From: Candidatus Poribacteria bacterium
Lineage (GTDB): Bacteria; Poribacteria; WGA-4E; WGA-3G
Length of the DNA stretch: 64,000 bases
Reading direction: 5' to 3'
Assembly (NCBI GenBank): GCA_964291315.2
Contig: OZ219750.1
Location: forward strand, 448,001 to 512,000
This document shows positions 18,888-29,149 of this stretch, one piece after another; positions within the stretch are counted from its first letter, which is position 1; every line of letters begins with the position of its first letter. The notes below the pieces were generated by a model. It was not told the origin of the DNA. It did no database searches and saw nothing but the letters and a program-made list of their open reading frames with translations. The position numbers and the translations under genes are program-made.

Positions 18888-20874
18888 TCATAGCGGTTTG
18901 CTGTAAAACACCCTATTCAACGTCTTATCTGCCTCACTGACCTGAAATGTTTCGTCTTCTATTTCAGAGAGATGCACATACAACTGGTTCTTATCCAATA
19001 ACTCCGCTAACAGACGCTTCTGTTGCTCAACGTCCTTGATAGCGCTAAAGTGTGCTTCGGCCCCCTCCGGGGCATCAGGGGTGATGTACCAATTGAGAGC
19101 GGAGTCTTCTGCCATATCGCGCCAGATGTCTAGCAGCTCTGCAGAAGTGGTTGCGAACTGGATCCGCTCCATGAAAACTTGGTTGTAAGGCATTAGCTCA
19201 CAGGATATGAAATTCTCGCCGAGGAGTTTCTCTTTTTCAATGACTTTCCGGAGTCGTTCTTTGCAAACGGCTATGTGCTTTTCCAGCTGCTCTACCAGTA
19301 TAAACTGCCGATTGCCGCTATCGTGTTTGTTCAGTTCTAAGACCGCATGTCCTGTAGTGCCTGAACCCGCAAAGAAGTCAAGCACAATATCTCCTGGATC
19401 TGTTGTAATTTTTATGATGTCTAAAACTGTATATAGGGACTTCGGGTACGAAACGCTTTTTCTTCCAATAATTTTTTCCAAAAGTTTGGTGCCATGGCTT
19501 ACCGCATTGTATTTCTTGGCAATCCAATGGGTTGTAAATACTTCAACTTCCCTAACCTTATAGAAAATTCTGATTTCGTCCTTCTGGTTTTTCTGCGCAA
19601 CGATTTCGTCACGTCTTACTTTTTTTAAAAAACTTTTGGGCTTTAGAAACCAGATTCTTTCAACACCGTTGTTAATTGGTAAAATCTTGTGATAATTTTT
19701 TTCTTCGATTAATGAAATATCGTCTAAATTAGAGCTGACATAGATAGGATAGAAGTTGTCTGGTTTGTTTCTTCGCAGTTCCTCGCCTCTAATAAACGAT
19801 CTGAGTTTATATTTTCCATTTTCATCTTCAAGATTAAAATTCGCTTTTTTCCCCTCTGAAATTAGAACTTTCCGGAAATTTGCAAGCGATCTATCTCTGG
19901 CATACACAAGCATAAATTCATTACTTGTCCCGAAAAACTTTTCCTGGCTTCTGCCTTCTGGTTTGTGTACAACAGTTATAACGCCTAATTTATTTTCTCT
20001 CCCAAATATCTCATCTACCAACGCTCCTAAATAAAAAAGTTCATGATGATCAATAGCAATAGCAATGAATCCATCAGGGGTCAGCAATTCTCTTGCAACC
20101 TCTAACCTATTTTTCATAAACGTCAGCCACGTTGAGTGATTAAAAGCGTTGTTGTAGGTAAAGGTCTCCGATGAACCACCCGTATTATACGGCGGGTCTA
20201 TGTAAATGAGTTTGACCCGCCCGCGAAATTGCTCTTTAAGGGTGTGCAGGACAATCAGGTTGTTGCCTTTGATGACAAGGTTCTCACGGATAACACCGGC
20301 ATCATCTCGCTTCAGTTTGAGAGTTCCGTTTTCTATGTGCTTATCACAGATTACCCCCCCCGCTCTTATCAACCTCTCCTCCCATCGCCCTAACACCATG
20401 ACGCTCCCAACACGTCAGAACCTTCGCATCAAACATACGATCTATCTCATCCGGCGCCAGAACCTCATTGAAGAATATCTCTTCACGTCTCTCCTCTTCA
20501 TGTATCTGACCGCCTTCCAATATACAATCCTTATACGGCCAGACCAAAGCGACTTCCCCCCGCTCACGCAGATATTTGCCATCAATATTCAAACCTATTC
20601 TATTACGGAACTGGGTATAGGAATCGGCAAAGAAGTTCTTATCCGTGATATAATCAACGAAGGTGTTGTTATCGAAGATCCAACGTCCTGCTATCTCTTT
20701 GAAGAACTTCACCGCTATTTCTTCTTCTGTGGAGAGCAGGCTGATCAGCTCGGGGTCGAGTTTCCAAGCCCGTTCTCTGACGCTTGCACGCTGGAGTGCT
20801 CCGGTAGCATCAACAAAGTTAGAGTTGGTTTCAAGAAGTCTCATCAGTTTTTGGTCAAAACGTTTCTTTGACAT
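18888..20874 (-). CDS. mod: Type III R-M Mod adenine methyltransferase, split by a frameshift at a G8 tract (20354-20361); no res gene adjacent
   Basis: ORF 20344..20874 (Mod N-terminus, LVWPYKDCILEGG) plus ORF 18888..20399 (NLVIKGNNL, IYIDPPYNTG, DFFAGSGTTGHA); G7 or G10 would fuse them. Confidence 0.88.
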
Positions 20875-20905
20875 ATAGATACATCCTTTTTGTCTTCCTG
20901 TGAGC

Positions 20906-20978
20906 TAATATGAGTTGATAAATACTTGGTCAATTTTTGTATAAAGCGAGTCTTCTGGTGTGATGAGGTCATCAAATG
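20906..20978 (+). repeat. Direct repeat 2 flanking mod
   Basis: taatatgagttgataaatacttggtcaatttttgt...atcaaatg, homologous to 18807-18880. Confidence 0.75.
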
Positions 20979-21136
20979 TTGTCTTGAAAGGGAGTTCTCT
21001 GATGGATTATACCACTATTCTGTGAAATAGACAACTTTTTTCTCCGTTATGAGCAAAGCTGTTTAGGTTTCTGTATTTCTGTTCCTATTAATTCTAGATC
21101 ATCCTCTGACGTTGTTAGGGAGGTTTCTAACCTCGC

Positions 21137-21973
21137 TTATTTTTCGGCTTTTCCAGCGGTTTTTGCCAGTCGAAAACCGACAAAAGAGGTCTTAAGGTTC
21201 GGGTAGAGATAAAACCTAAAAGTGGTGCTACATCGGTTGATCGTATCGATATAAGAGCCTCCTCGGAGGACGCGCCAGCTGCCGAGGCTCGGTCCCATCG
21301 GATTCTTTTTTGGACGTTTTCCTCTGGTCTGCAAACTTGCCGCATAATAGACATCGCTGTACCAATCGGCTGTCCATTCCCAGACGTTGCCAGCCATATC
21401 CATCGCTCCAAAGTAACTTTTGCCTTTTGGGAAACTCCCGACAGGTGCGATGCGGTTCTCATAGTCGTCGTCTGCTTCAGCAGTATTGGCGTGCATTTCC
21501 ACTGTATTGCCCCAGGGCCATATTCTATTGGTATAACCGCGCGCGGCCTTCTCCCACTCGGCTTCTGTCGGGAGTCGCATGCCTTTCCATGTGGCATAAG
21601 CGATAGCATCATGCCATGATACACCTACGACGGGATGATTCGGAAATTCTTCTGCGCGTGCTGGCCAGTTGCCGATATCGGGCAGGTGTGAGAAGTTTTC
21701 TGGCGTGTGTCGGGGCATTTGTTCTGGTTGGAGTTTCCAAAACTCATAGTATTCGGTGTTCGTTACCTCGTACTTGCCGATATAGTAGGCATCAAGATAG
21801 ACTTTGTGCATCGGTTTTTCGTCGGCTGCACGATTCCCACTTCCCATTGTAAAAGTTCCAGCAGGGATAAGTATGAGTTCTGTTTCCGGTGTCCCAAAAC
21901 AGAGACTGGTACTGAAGAGCAGGATACATACAACCCCAATATGTTTATTTTTGCTTGGATAAGAGGTATTCAT
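21137..21973 (-). CDS. Formylglycine-generating enzyme (SUMF1/FGE-sulfatase) domain protein
   Basis: IPAGTFTMGS, KYEVTN.EY, PVVGVSW.DA, RLPTEAEWEKAARG, DMAGNVWEW, GFR. Confidence 0.92.
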   Translation of the reverse strand: MNTSYPSKNKHIGVVCILLFSTSLCFGTPETELILIPAGTFTMGSGNRAADEKPMHKVYLDAYYIGKYEVTNTEYYEFWKLQPEQMPRHTPENFSHLPDIGNWPARAEEFPNHPVVGVSWHDAIAYATWKGMRLPTEAEWEKAARGYTNRIWPWGNTVEMHANTAEADDDYENRIAPVGSFPKGKSYFGAMDMAGNVWEWTADWYSDVYYAASLQTRGKRPKKNPMGPSLGSWRVLRGGSYIDTINRCSTTFRFYLYPNLKTSFVGFRLAKTAGKAEK

Positions 21974-23111
21974 AAATGTGATAATGCTCCTGTGCGAGTT
22001 TTTGGTTACCTATTCCTTGGTAGAGTCTTGAGAGGCTAAGATGATAGTAGGGCTGCTCGCTCTCGAGCTCGACGGCTTTTTGGAATGCAGCAATTGCGTT
22101 TTGCGTTTCGCCCTGCATCGCATAGAGGCTGCCGAGAGTGTTGTAAAGAATGGCTTCATCTGGTCTGAGGCGGATCGCTTTCAGAGCGGCTTCCATGCCA
22201 TGTTTGGGGTAGTTGAGGCTCATGAATGCTCGGCTTAGCCCGTGATAAAAATTGGCGTTGTTTGGATCCAGTTTGATGCATTTTTGAAAAGCTTGGATGG
22301 CTTTTCCGTAGTTTTTTTGTTGCATCAACAGCGTAGTTAAACCTGTCCAGGCTTCGAGGTTATCCGGTTCATTACGGGTCAAACGAGTGAGGCGTTCATA
22401 TTCGGCATGTTCTTTCTGGTATTGCTGAAAGATTTGCATTTCGGCTCGGCTTTTTTCCCTGTTTCCCAATCGGAAATATGCTGTGCCGAGTCCATAGTGT
22501 GGATCAGCATAGCGGGCGGGTCCGAATGCTATTGCCTGTTTAAAGTTTTCTATCGCTGCGTTGTATTCTTTTAGATTAAGATAGGCGGTACCGAGTTCGT
22601 AGTAACTGCCTGCTGCTTTTGGTTTCAGCGTGAGTGCTTGTTTTAAGATTGGGACGGCTTCGGCGTACCGGCGGAGTTTCATGAGTGATTTGCCGAGCAC
22701 CTCGTGTCCGCGTGCATGTTGCGGGTCTATCTCAACGACTCGTTGTAGCATTGTGAAAGCTTCTGTCCATTTGTCAAGTCTGAAATAGGCGACACCAAGT
22801 GAATAGAGTGCCTCTATATTATCTGGCATCAATGTGAGAGAACGTTTGTAACTCTCAACGGCTTTGTTCAGAAGTTCTTCTTGGGCGTACGCCATTCCGA
22901 GGTAGTGAAATATCTCGGGGTGCGCGGATTCGAGTGTGAGGGCGGCTTCAAACTCGGAAATCGCCCCTTGATTATCGCCTTGAAACGTGAGAAGAAAACC
23001 GCGTTCTACGTGTTGTACGTATCTGCTGTGGTTCCCAGGTTTTTCGTCTGCGGGACCTAGCAGCGGCGAACAGAGCCAGAGGATGATGGTAAATTTTAAC
23101 CAATTTTGCAT
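21945..23111 (-). CDS. Secreted tetratricopeptide repeat protein
   Basis: Signal peptide and multiple TPR units. Confidence 0.9.
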   Translation of the reverse strand: MQNWLKFTIILWLCSPLLGPADEKPGNHSRYVQHVERGFLLTFQGDNQGAISEFEAALTLESAHPEIFHYLGMAYAQEELLNKAVESYKRSLTLMPDNIEALYSLGVAYFRLDKWTEAFTMLQRVVEIDPQHARGHEVLGKSLMKLRRYAEAVPILKQALTLKPKAAGSYYELGTAYLNLKEYNAAIENFKQAIAFGPARYADPHYGLGTAYFRLGNREKSRAEMQIFQQYQKEHAEYERLTRLTRNEPDNLEAWTGLTTLLMQQKNYGKAIQAFQKCIKLDPNNANFYHGLSRAFMSLNYPKHGMEAALKAIRLRPDEAILYNTLGSLYAMQGETQNAIAAFQKAVELESEQPYYHLSLSRLYQGIGNQKLAQEHYHIYEYLLSKQK

Positions 23112-23325
23112 AAGACGGTCCTGATTTAGAGTTTTGATGTTGTGTTATGTCTGTGGTTCTCGAAGTACATTTACATTTTAACCACACGGGTGGAAAAAGT
23201 CAAGTTTTTTGGTGATTGGAAGTTGGCTTTCACGAGATCCAATATTCAAAGGGTGACATGTATCAAGTTCACATTACCATCGATAGTCAACCGCTGCGTG
23301 CCCTTACTAACAATCCAAAATTCAA

Positions 23326-23354
23326 TTGACATTAGCGACACTTTTTGATACAAT
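23326..23354 (+). promoter_or_regulatory. Sigma70 promoter giving a leaderless transcript
   Basis: TTGACA-17bp-TACAAT with an extended TG; ATG begins 7 nt after the -10 box; no SD. Confidence 0.75.
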
Positions 23355-23360
23355 CTGACT

Positions 23361-23861
23361 ATGCCACGAAAAAACAGAATTCTCAGTGTCGGTGATACCG
23401 CGCCGCTATTTACGCTCCGTTCTCATCAACGGAGGGAAGTTTCTCTCGAAGCATACCGAGACACGCAAAATGTTGTTTTAACCTTTTTTCGCGGGACGTG
23501 GTGACCGAACAGCCGCCGCCAGTTGGTGGCGGTTCAAGACAACTTTGAGGCGTACGTCGAATGGGCAGCAACGCCGCTTGCTATTGCGGGCCAGTGGCCT
23601 CGTGAGATCCGCAGCTATGCCGAGAAAAACGGTATCACATTTCCGCTGTTGGTTGACAGAACACGAGAGGTTATCAAAAGTTATGGGGTTTATCATTGGC
23701 TGAGTCTGGAGGCTTACAACATCGCGCGTCCGGCAACCTTTATCATTGACCAAACCGGCATCATTAGATATATGTATATCGGCTCACATCAGTTCGATCT
23801 CGTCGATCAGACAAAAGTCCTTGAATCTCTAATGAGAATGGCGGTAGGTAGTCAAGTGTGA
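23361..23861 (+). CDS. Selenocysteine-containing AhpC/TSA peroxiredoxin-like protein (Sec48, TGA at 23502-23504)
   Basis: MPRKNRILSVGDTAPLFTL...VVLTFFRGTW-U-PNSRRQL...ITFPLLVD...ARPATFIIDQTGIIRY; in-frame TGA at the catalytic Cys position. Confidence 0.85.
23511..23534 (+). promoter_or_regulatory. Bacterial SECIS-like hairpin
   Basis: agccgccgcc-agtt-ggtggcggtt stem-loop starting 7 nt after the UGA. Confidence 0.65.
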
Positions 23862-23981
23862 GCTGTTAAAGAGCCCCTTTTTAACCGGCGACTGACAATT
23901 GTCCAAGAAATGATTTTTATTTTACGGTTGAATATGGTATACTATATGAAAACATGGATTGATTGTAGGTAGTGGATTTTC

Positions 23982-25085
23982 ATGGAGGCAGGACATAAAA
24001 CCTTTATGAAACGCGCTTTGGATTTAGCGCGTCGAGGCAAGGGACGCACGAGTCCGAATCCGATCGTGGGTGCGGTTATTGTAAAGGCCGGTCAGGTCGT
24101 CGGTGAAGGGTTTCATCAGAAAGCGGGGACACCACACGCCGAGGTCCACGCTTTGAACGCTGCCGGTGAAAATGCTGAAGGTGCAACGCTTTACACGAAC
24201 CTTGAACCTTGTTGTCATTGGGGGCGGACCCCGCCCTGCGTGGGGGCACTCCTTCAGGCAGGTATTGCTGAAGTCTATGTGGCTGAAGTTGATCCAAACC
24301 CGAGTGTTGCCGGCAAGGGCGTTCGCCAATTGAGGAATGCAGGAGTTCGCGTGCATGTGGGTCTATGTGCTGAAGAGGCCGCGCGTTTGAATGAAGTTCA
24401 CAGAAAATATATTCAGACCGGCAAGCCGTTTGTTATCTTGAAGACCGCTATGAGTCTTGATGGGAAAATTGCTACTGTGTCGGGTGAATCGCAATGGATT
24501 ACTGCTGAGGTGTCCCGGTATCGCGGGCATGAGATTCGAGATACTGTAGATGCTATTCTCGTTGGGAGGGGCACAGTTGTTCACGATAATCCTGAACTAA
24601 CCACGCGGCTTCAAGATAGACATGGACGCGATCCCATCCGGATTGTATTAGATTCACACGGCCGGACATCTCCTGATGCCCGCATTTTCAACCCTGAAAG
24701 CAGTGCGGGGGTTATGATTGCTGTAACGCCGGACGCACCGATGCACAATGTCAACGTTCTCAAAAAGACAGGGGCGGAGGTCATAACCGTTCCAGAGGTG
24801 CATGGTAGGATCTGTTTCAAGCATTTGATGAAGATACTTGGCGACTGTAAGATAACGAGTGTTCTGATAGAGGGTGGTGGCGAAATCAACGCCGCTGCGG
24901 TGGCAGCGGGTGTCGTCGATAAGATTATGTGTTTCGTTGCTCCTAAGCTTATTGGTGGAAGGGGTGCTCCGGGGCCTATCGGTGGCGAAGGGTTCGCTAC
25001 TTTGCGGAATGTGCCGCATGTGCAACGTATTCATATCACACCCATGCCCGGTTCCGACGACTTTCTAATTGAGGGGTATCTATAG
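23982..25085 (+). CDS. ribD: Bifunctional pyrimidine deaminase/reductase RibD
   Basis: TSPNP.VGAVIV, HAE, LEPCCHWGRTPPC, AMSLDGKIA, EGGG. Confidence 0.96.
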   Translation: MEAGHKTFMKRALDLARRGKGRTSPNPIVGAVIVKAGQVVGEGFHQKAGTPHAEVHALNAAGENAEGATLYTNLEPCCHWGRTPPCVGALLQAGIAEVYVAEVDPNPSVAGKGVRQLRNAGVRVHVGLCAEEAARLNEVHRKYIQTGKPFVILKTAMSLDGKIATVSGESQWITAEVSRYRGHEIRDTVDAILVGRGTVVHDNPELTTRLQDRHGRDPIRIVLDSHGRTSPDARIFNPESSAGVMIAVTPDAPMHNVNVLKKTGAEVITVPEVHGRICFKHLMKILGDCKITSVLIEGGGEINAAAVAAGVVDKIMCFVAPKLIGGRGAPGPIGGEGFATLRNVPHVQRIHITPMPGSDDFLIEGYL

Positions 25086-25086
25086 G

Positions 25087-25758
25087 ATGTTTACAGGAAT
25101 TATAGAAGAACGGGGAACAGTTAGAAATATCCAGTCTTCATGCGAAAATACTACGCTTGAAATTCAAGCGAGCGAAATTCTCACAGATGCAAAAGTCGGA
25201 GCTAGTATTTCCGTTGATGGTGTTTGTCTCACAATCCGATCCTTGACCCCAAGGGCATTCACTGCAGATATTTCTGCTGAAACCCTACGTCGGACGACGT
25301 TGGGTGAGCGAAGGGTCGGTGAACAGGTTAACTTGGAAGGTTCGCTCCGGTTAAGCGACAGATTGTGCGGACATCTGGTGCTTGGGCATGTGGATGAGGT
25401 GGCGAGAATCTGCGCGTGGCGGGATGAAGGCGATGCTTCATTGATGCGGGTCACAATGAGCAGTCATACCAGACGCTATATCACCTACAAGGGTTCTGTC
25501 ACGGTTGACGGTATCAGTTTAACGGTGTCAGGTGTCCACGAAGATTCCTTTGAGGTTGCTTTGATTCCGCATACAAAGCAGGTTACAACCTTAAGAACGC
25601 GACGAAACGGGGCTAACGTAAACATTGAAGTAGATATTATTGCGCGTTATCTTGAGACACTTCTGACAAATAGTGCGGAGGCAGCGGGTTGGCGTGAACG
25701 GCCGCGCTGTGAGACGCTCAATTTAAGTTTTTTAGCGAGACACGGTTACATTGATTAA
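25087..25758 (+). CDS. ribE: Riboflavin synthase alpha chain
   Basis: MFTGIIEE N-terminus, SISVDGVCLT, KGSVTVDGISLTV. Confidence 0.95.
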   Translation: MFTGIIEERGTVRNIQSSCENTTLEIQASEILTDAKVGASISVDGVCLTIRSLTPRAFTADISAETLRRTTLGERRVGEQVNLEGSLRLSDRLCGHLVLGHVDEVARICAWRDEGDASLMRVTMSSHTRRYITYKGSVTVDGISLTVSGVHEDSFEVALIPHTKQVTTLRTRRNGANVNIEVDIIARYLETLLTNSAEAAGWRERPRCETLNLSFLARHGYID

Positions 25759-25897
25759 AGGTTGTCAGTACGTCTGTTGTGTGGATTTTCAGGGATCAGT
25801 TACAGAGCCGTTTGTGGCAGAAATTTGCTTGGCGTATGAAGATGGAACTGGTACAAGGCTCAACCGACAACCGATACCTATAAGATGGTAGGCAAGA

Positions 25898-27130
25898 ATG
25901 CCCAATAGATTTAATACCATTCCTGAAGCACTCGATGCAATCCGGAACGGGGAACTGATTGTCGTTGTTGATGAACCCGACCGTGAAAACGAAGGGGACC
26001 TCATCATGGCGGCTGAAAAAGTGACTGCAGAGACTATCAATTTCATGGCGAAATACGGGCGCGGTTTGGTATGTCTGCCTACCTGTTCCGAACGGCTTTC
26101 TGAACTTGAGCTCTACCCCATGGTGACCTCGAATACCGACCAGATGCAGACCGCTTTCACTGTCACGATTGACGCAAAAGAGGTCACGACGGGGATCTCG
26201 GCGCAAGAACGGGCATATACTATTCGCAAGTTTGTTGACCCAAACGCGGTACCATCGGATTTTGTGCGCCCTGGACACATTTTCCCGTTGGAGGCTAAGC
26301 CCGGCGGGGTGCTTAGGCGCGCTGGGCATACAGAGGCAACTGTTGATCTGGCACGTATGGCGGGATTCTATCCGGCGGGTGTGCTTTGTGAGATACTCAA
26401 CGAAGACGGGAGCATGGCACGCGTGCCGGAGCTGATGGAATTCGCTGCACAACACCGCCTGAAAATTATCACGATTGCCGACCTGATCGCCTACCGCCGT
26501 CAGACAGAAACACTGATTAAACGAGTTGCGACGGCTGACATTCCGACTGCACATGGTGAATTCAAACTCTATGCCTATGAGAGCACTGACACCGGTGGGG
26601 AGAGCGTCGAATCTGATAAAACCCACGTCGCGCTCACAAAAGGGGATGTTGCAGATGCTTCCCCTATCTTGGTCCGCGTGCATTCGCAATGCCTCACTGG
26701 AGATGTTTTTGGCTCACTCAGGTGTGATTGCGGAGAGCAGCTTGAAATTGCCTTGCAAACTATAGAGAAAGAGGGTAAGGGTGTACTCGTGTATATGCGC
26801 CAGGAAGGTAGAGGAATGGGGCTCAAGCAGAAGCTCCGGGCTTATCAACTGCAGGACAATGACGGGTTGGACACCGTTGAAGCGAATGAACACCTCGGTT
26901 TTCCGGCAGATCTCCGCGATTATGGCATCGGGGCGCAGATACTCGCCGCCCTCGGCGTTCAAAAGATGCGATTAATGACAAACAATCCACAGAAGATCAG
27001 AGGGTTAGCGGGCCATGGTCTCGAAATTGTGGAGCGCGTTCCGTTGCAAACTGAGCCGACCCCCTTTAACCGGAGATATTTACAGACAAAACGTTCTAAG
27101 CTTGGACACCTCCTTTTGGATGAGGAATAA
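25898..27130 (+). CDS. ribBA: Bifunctional DHBP synthase / GTP cyclohydrolase II
   Basis: [47 protein letters not shown]. Confidence 0.96.
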   Translation: MPNRFNTIPEALDAIRNGELIVVVDEPDRENEGDLIMAAEKVTAETINFMAKYGRGLVCLPTCSERLSELELYPMVTSNTDQMQTAFTVTIDAKEVTTGISAQERAYTIRKFVDPNAVPSDFVRPGHIFPLEAKPGGVLRRAGHTEATVDLARMAGFYPAGVLCEILNEDGSMARVPELMEFAAQHRLKIITIADLIAYRRQTETLIKRVATADIPTAHGEFKLYAYESTDTGGESVESDKTHVALTKGDVADASPILVRVHSQCLTGDVFGSLRCDCGEQLEIALQTIEKEGKGVLVYMRQEGRGMGLKQKLRAYQLQDNDGLDTVEANEHLGFPADLRDYGIGAQILAALGVQKMRLMTNNPQKIRGLAGHGLEIVERVPLQTEPTPFNRRYLQTKRSKLGHLLLDEE

Positions 27131-27305
27131 ATTGCTGTCCGGGTAAGAGATCAAGTCATTAACAGACTCCTAATATGAAGTATTAGAAACTTTTCAGAAG
27201 TCTGATGAGTTGAATTTAACGATAAACCGCCGTGAAGCAGAGTACTTATGAGCAAGTCCGCCGCAAAACGAAGTGGAACGGTGACCGGATTTAATAGGTA
27301 GAAAT

Positions 27306-27785
27306 ATGCCAAACGTTTACGAAGGGCACCTCCTCGGCGAGGGACTCACGTTCGGAGTTGTTGTGAGTCGATTCAATAGTTTTGTTACGGAAAAACTCCT
27401 TGTTGGTGCCTTGGATGCCCTAAAACGACACGCTGTTGATCTGGACAAAGTTGATGTTTTTTGGACATCTGGTGCCTTTGAGATTCCCGCAATTGCTAAA
27501 CGCCTCGCGGCGAGTAAGAAATATGATGCTGTTCTCTGTCTTGGAGCAGTGATCCGGGGCGCGACACCACATTTTGACTATGTTGCTGCTGAGAGCGCGA
27601 AGGGAATAGCCCAGGCATCCGTCAGTACTGACATCCCGGTTATCTATGGGGTTATTACTGCGGATACTATAGAACAGGCACTTGAACGCTCTGGAATAAA
27701 GCTAGGAAACAAAGGTTTTGAAGTCGCTGTTACTGGAATTGAGATGGCGAATCTTTATAAAACGATTGACAAAGCTCTCACTTGA
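27306..27785 (+). CDS. ribH: 6,7-dimethyl-8-ribityllumazine synthase
   Basis: [31 protein letters not shown]. Confidence 0.96.
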   Translation: MPNVYEGHLLGEGLTFGVVVSRFNSFVTEKLLVGALDALKRHAVDLDKVDVFWTSGAFEIPAIAKRLAASKKYDAVLCLGAVIRGATPHFDYVAAESAKGIAQASVSTDIPVIYGVITADTIEQALERSGIKLGNKGFEVAVTGIEMANLYKTIDKALT

Positions 27786-28430
27786 GTCGTTAAAAAACTT
27801 TGCTACAACTTCTCTCTAATTTCACGGAGGTAGATGTCTTTCTAAAGCCGGTAATCTGATGTTATTTGCTAGGACGTTCTATGAGATTCGAGCCCGCTTA
27901 TCTCCAATAAACAAGTGGACAACAGAGATATGCGAATTAGCCACGGACGGAGAAATTATCGAACGCTGGCTGATGGTTCAGATGGACGCGGAGGCCCACA
28001 AAGAATTCCCAAAATAGCTTCAGAGCATTCGAAACGTCAAACGTAAAAAAAACAAAAGGGTGACAGATTTCAAAATGTGGTTTTATCCGTCGATGCTGTC
28101 ACCACAGGCATTATTTTCTTTTATGCCTGGGTAAACGGAGACCCTCATGAGAGAAAAATCTGGTGTCTTCTGTTTCCCTTGTTCAGCGGGTCCCTATAAT
28201 CGAGAAATCAATGCTTCTTCGGTGTTGTTTTACCCACCGCCTGCGGCCTGTGTATCCTCTAGATAGGGAATGTAAAGAGGCGGACTTAACCGTAGACCGC
28301 CGTGAGATGATTTTCTAACCGTGAATGCTCTTCTGTGTTTCGCAGCGGTTTTTAGGAGATTCAATCTACTCTAAGTGTTCAAAGGGTTCTGACTTTGTCC
28401 TGGATCAGCGCGGAAGGTGATGGTTAAAAT

Positions 28431-29051
28431 ATGGTTGCAATCATAGATTACGACGCGGGTAACCTGACAAGTGTTGCTCGCGCATTGACATATCTGGGTT
28501 ACGAAAATCAGATTACATCAGCTGCTGAGAGTATAGCCGCCGCTGAACGTGTTATTTTCCCTGGCGTCGGTGCAGCGAAAGCCACAATAGCAACCTTGAA
28601 GAAGCGCGGACTTAACGAGGTTTTGATTGACTTCTATCGCACCGGTAGACCGATGCTCGGTATCTGCATCGGTATCCAGATTCTCTTTTCACACAGCGAC
28701 GAAGAAGATACCGAGTGTCTTGGGATCCTGCCGGGATATGTCAAGAAATATCCTGTGCCGCGGGCAAGTATGGAAGTCGAAGCATTAAAAGTTCCACAGA
28801 TTGGGTGGAACGAGGTCTACCAGACAGTTCCGCATCCAATCTTTAAAGATGTTCCGAATCCGGCGCATTTCTATTTTGTCAATTCTTATTATCCTGTGCC
28901 GGACAATACGGATGTTGTTATTGGGAAAACGAAGTATGGGCTTGAATTCTGTAGTGCTGCCGCACACGATAACCTTGTTGCAACGCAGTTCCACCTTGAA
29001 AAGAGCGGACGCGTCGGGTTAAAGATGCTCAATAACTTCCTAACGTTTTAG
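28431..29051 (+). CDS. hisH: Imidazole glycerol phosphate synthase glutamine amidotransferase subunit
   Basis: IIDYDAGNL.SV, PGVGA, LGICIG.Q, KVPQIGWN, QFHLEKSG. Confidence 0.92.
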   Translation: MVAIIDYDAGNLTSVARALTYLGYENQITSAAESIAAAERVIFPGVGAAKATIATLKKRGLNEVLIDFYRTGRPMLGICIGIQILFSHSDEEDTECLGILPGYVKKYPVPRASMEVEALKVPQIGWNEVYQTVPHPIFKDVPNPAHFYFVNSYYPVPDNTDVVIGKTKYGLEFCSAAAHDNLVATQFHLEKSGRVGLKMLNNFLTF

Positions 29052-29149
29052 GGGTAGCGGTAGTAGGGCATTTATGATATGTGCAGATCTGTTTGCTGCC
29101 ACAAACATATGTCTGACGGTTGGCAGCCCAAGGTTTTCCATAGGAAAAG

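Noticed and set aside
23862-23981. FMN riboswitch upstream of ribD
   Set aside because: No RFN core (AGGGCGGGGUGAAAUUCCC...) seen; the region holds a repeat and a promoter-like sequence
25796-26689. 297-aa minus-strand ORF (likewise 17833..18621, 12823..13458 and 13726..14328)
   Set aside because: Antisense to well-supported genes (ribBA, CRTAC1, LTD protein)
27131-27305. T-box or riboswitch between ribBA and ribH
   Set aside because: Only a partial GTGGAAC match; no specifier stem or terminator; context unsuitable
27790-28430. Possible gene between ribH and hisH
   Set aside because: The RBS and ATG are followed immediately by a stop, and the remaining short frames show no recognisable similarity
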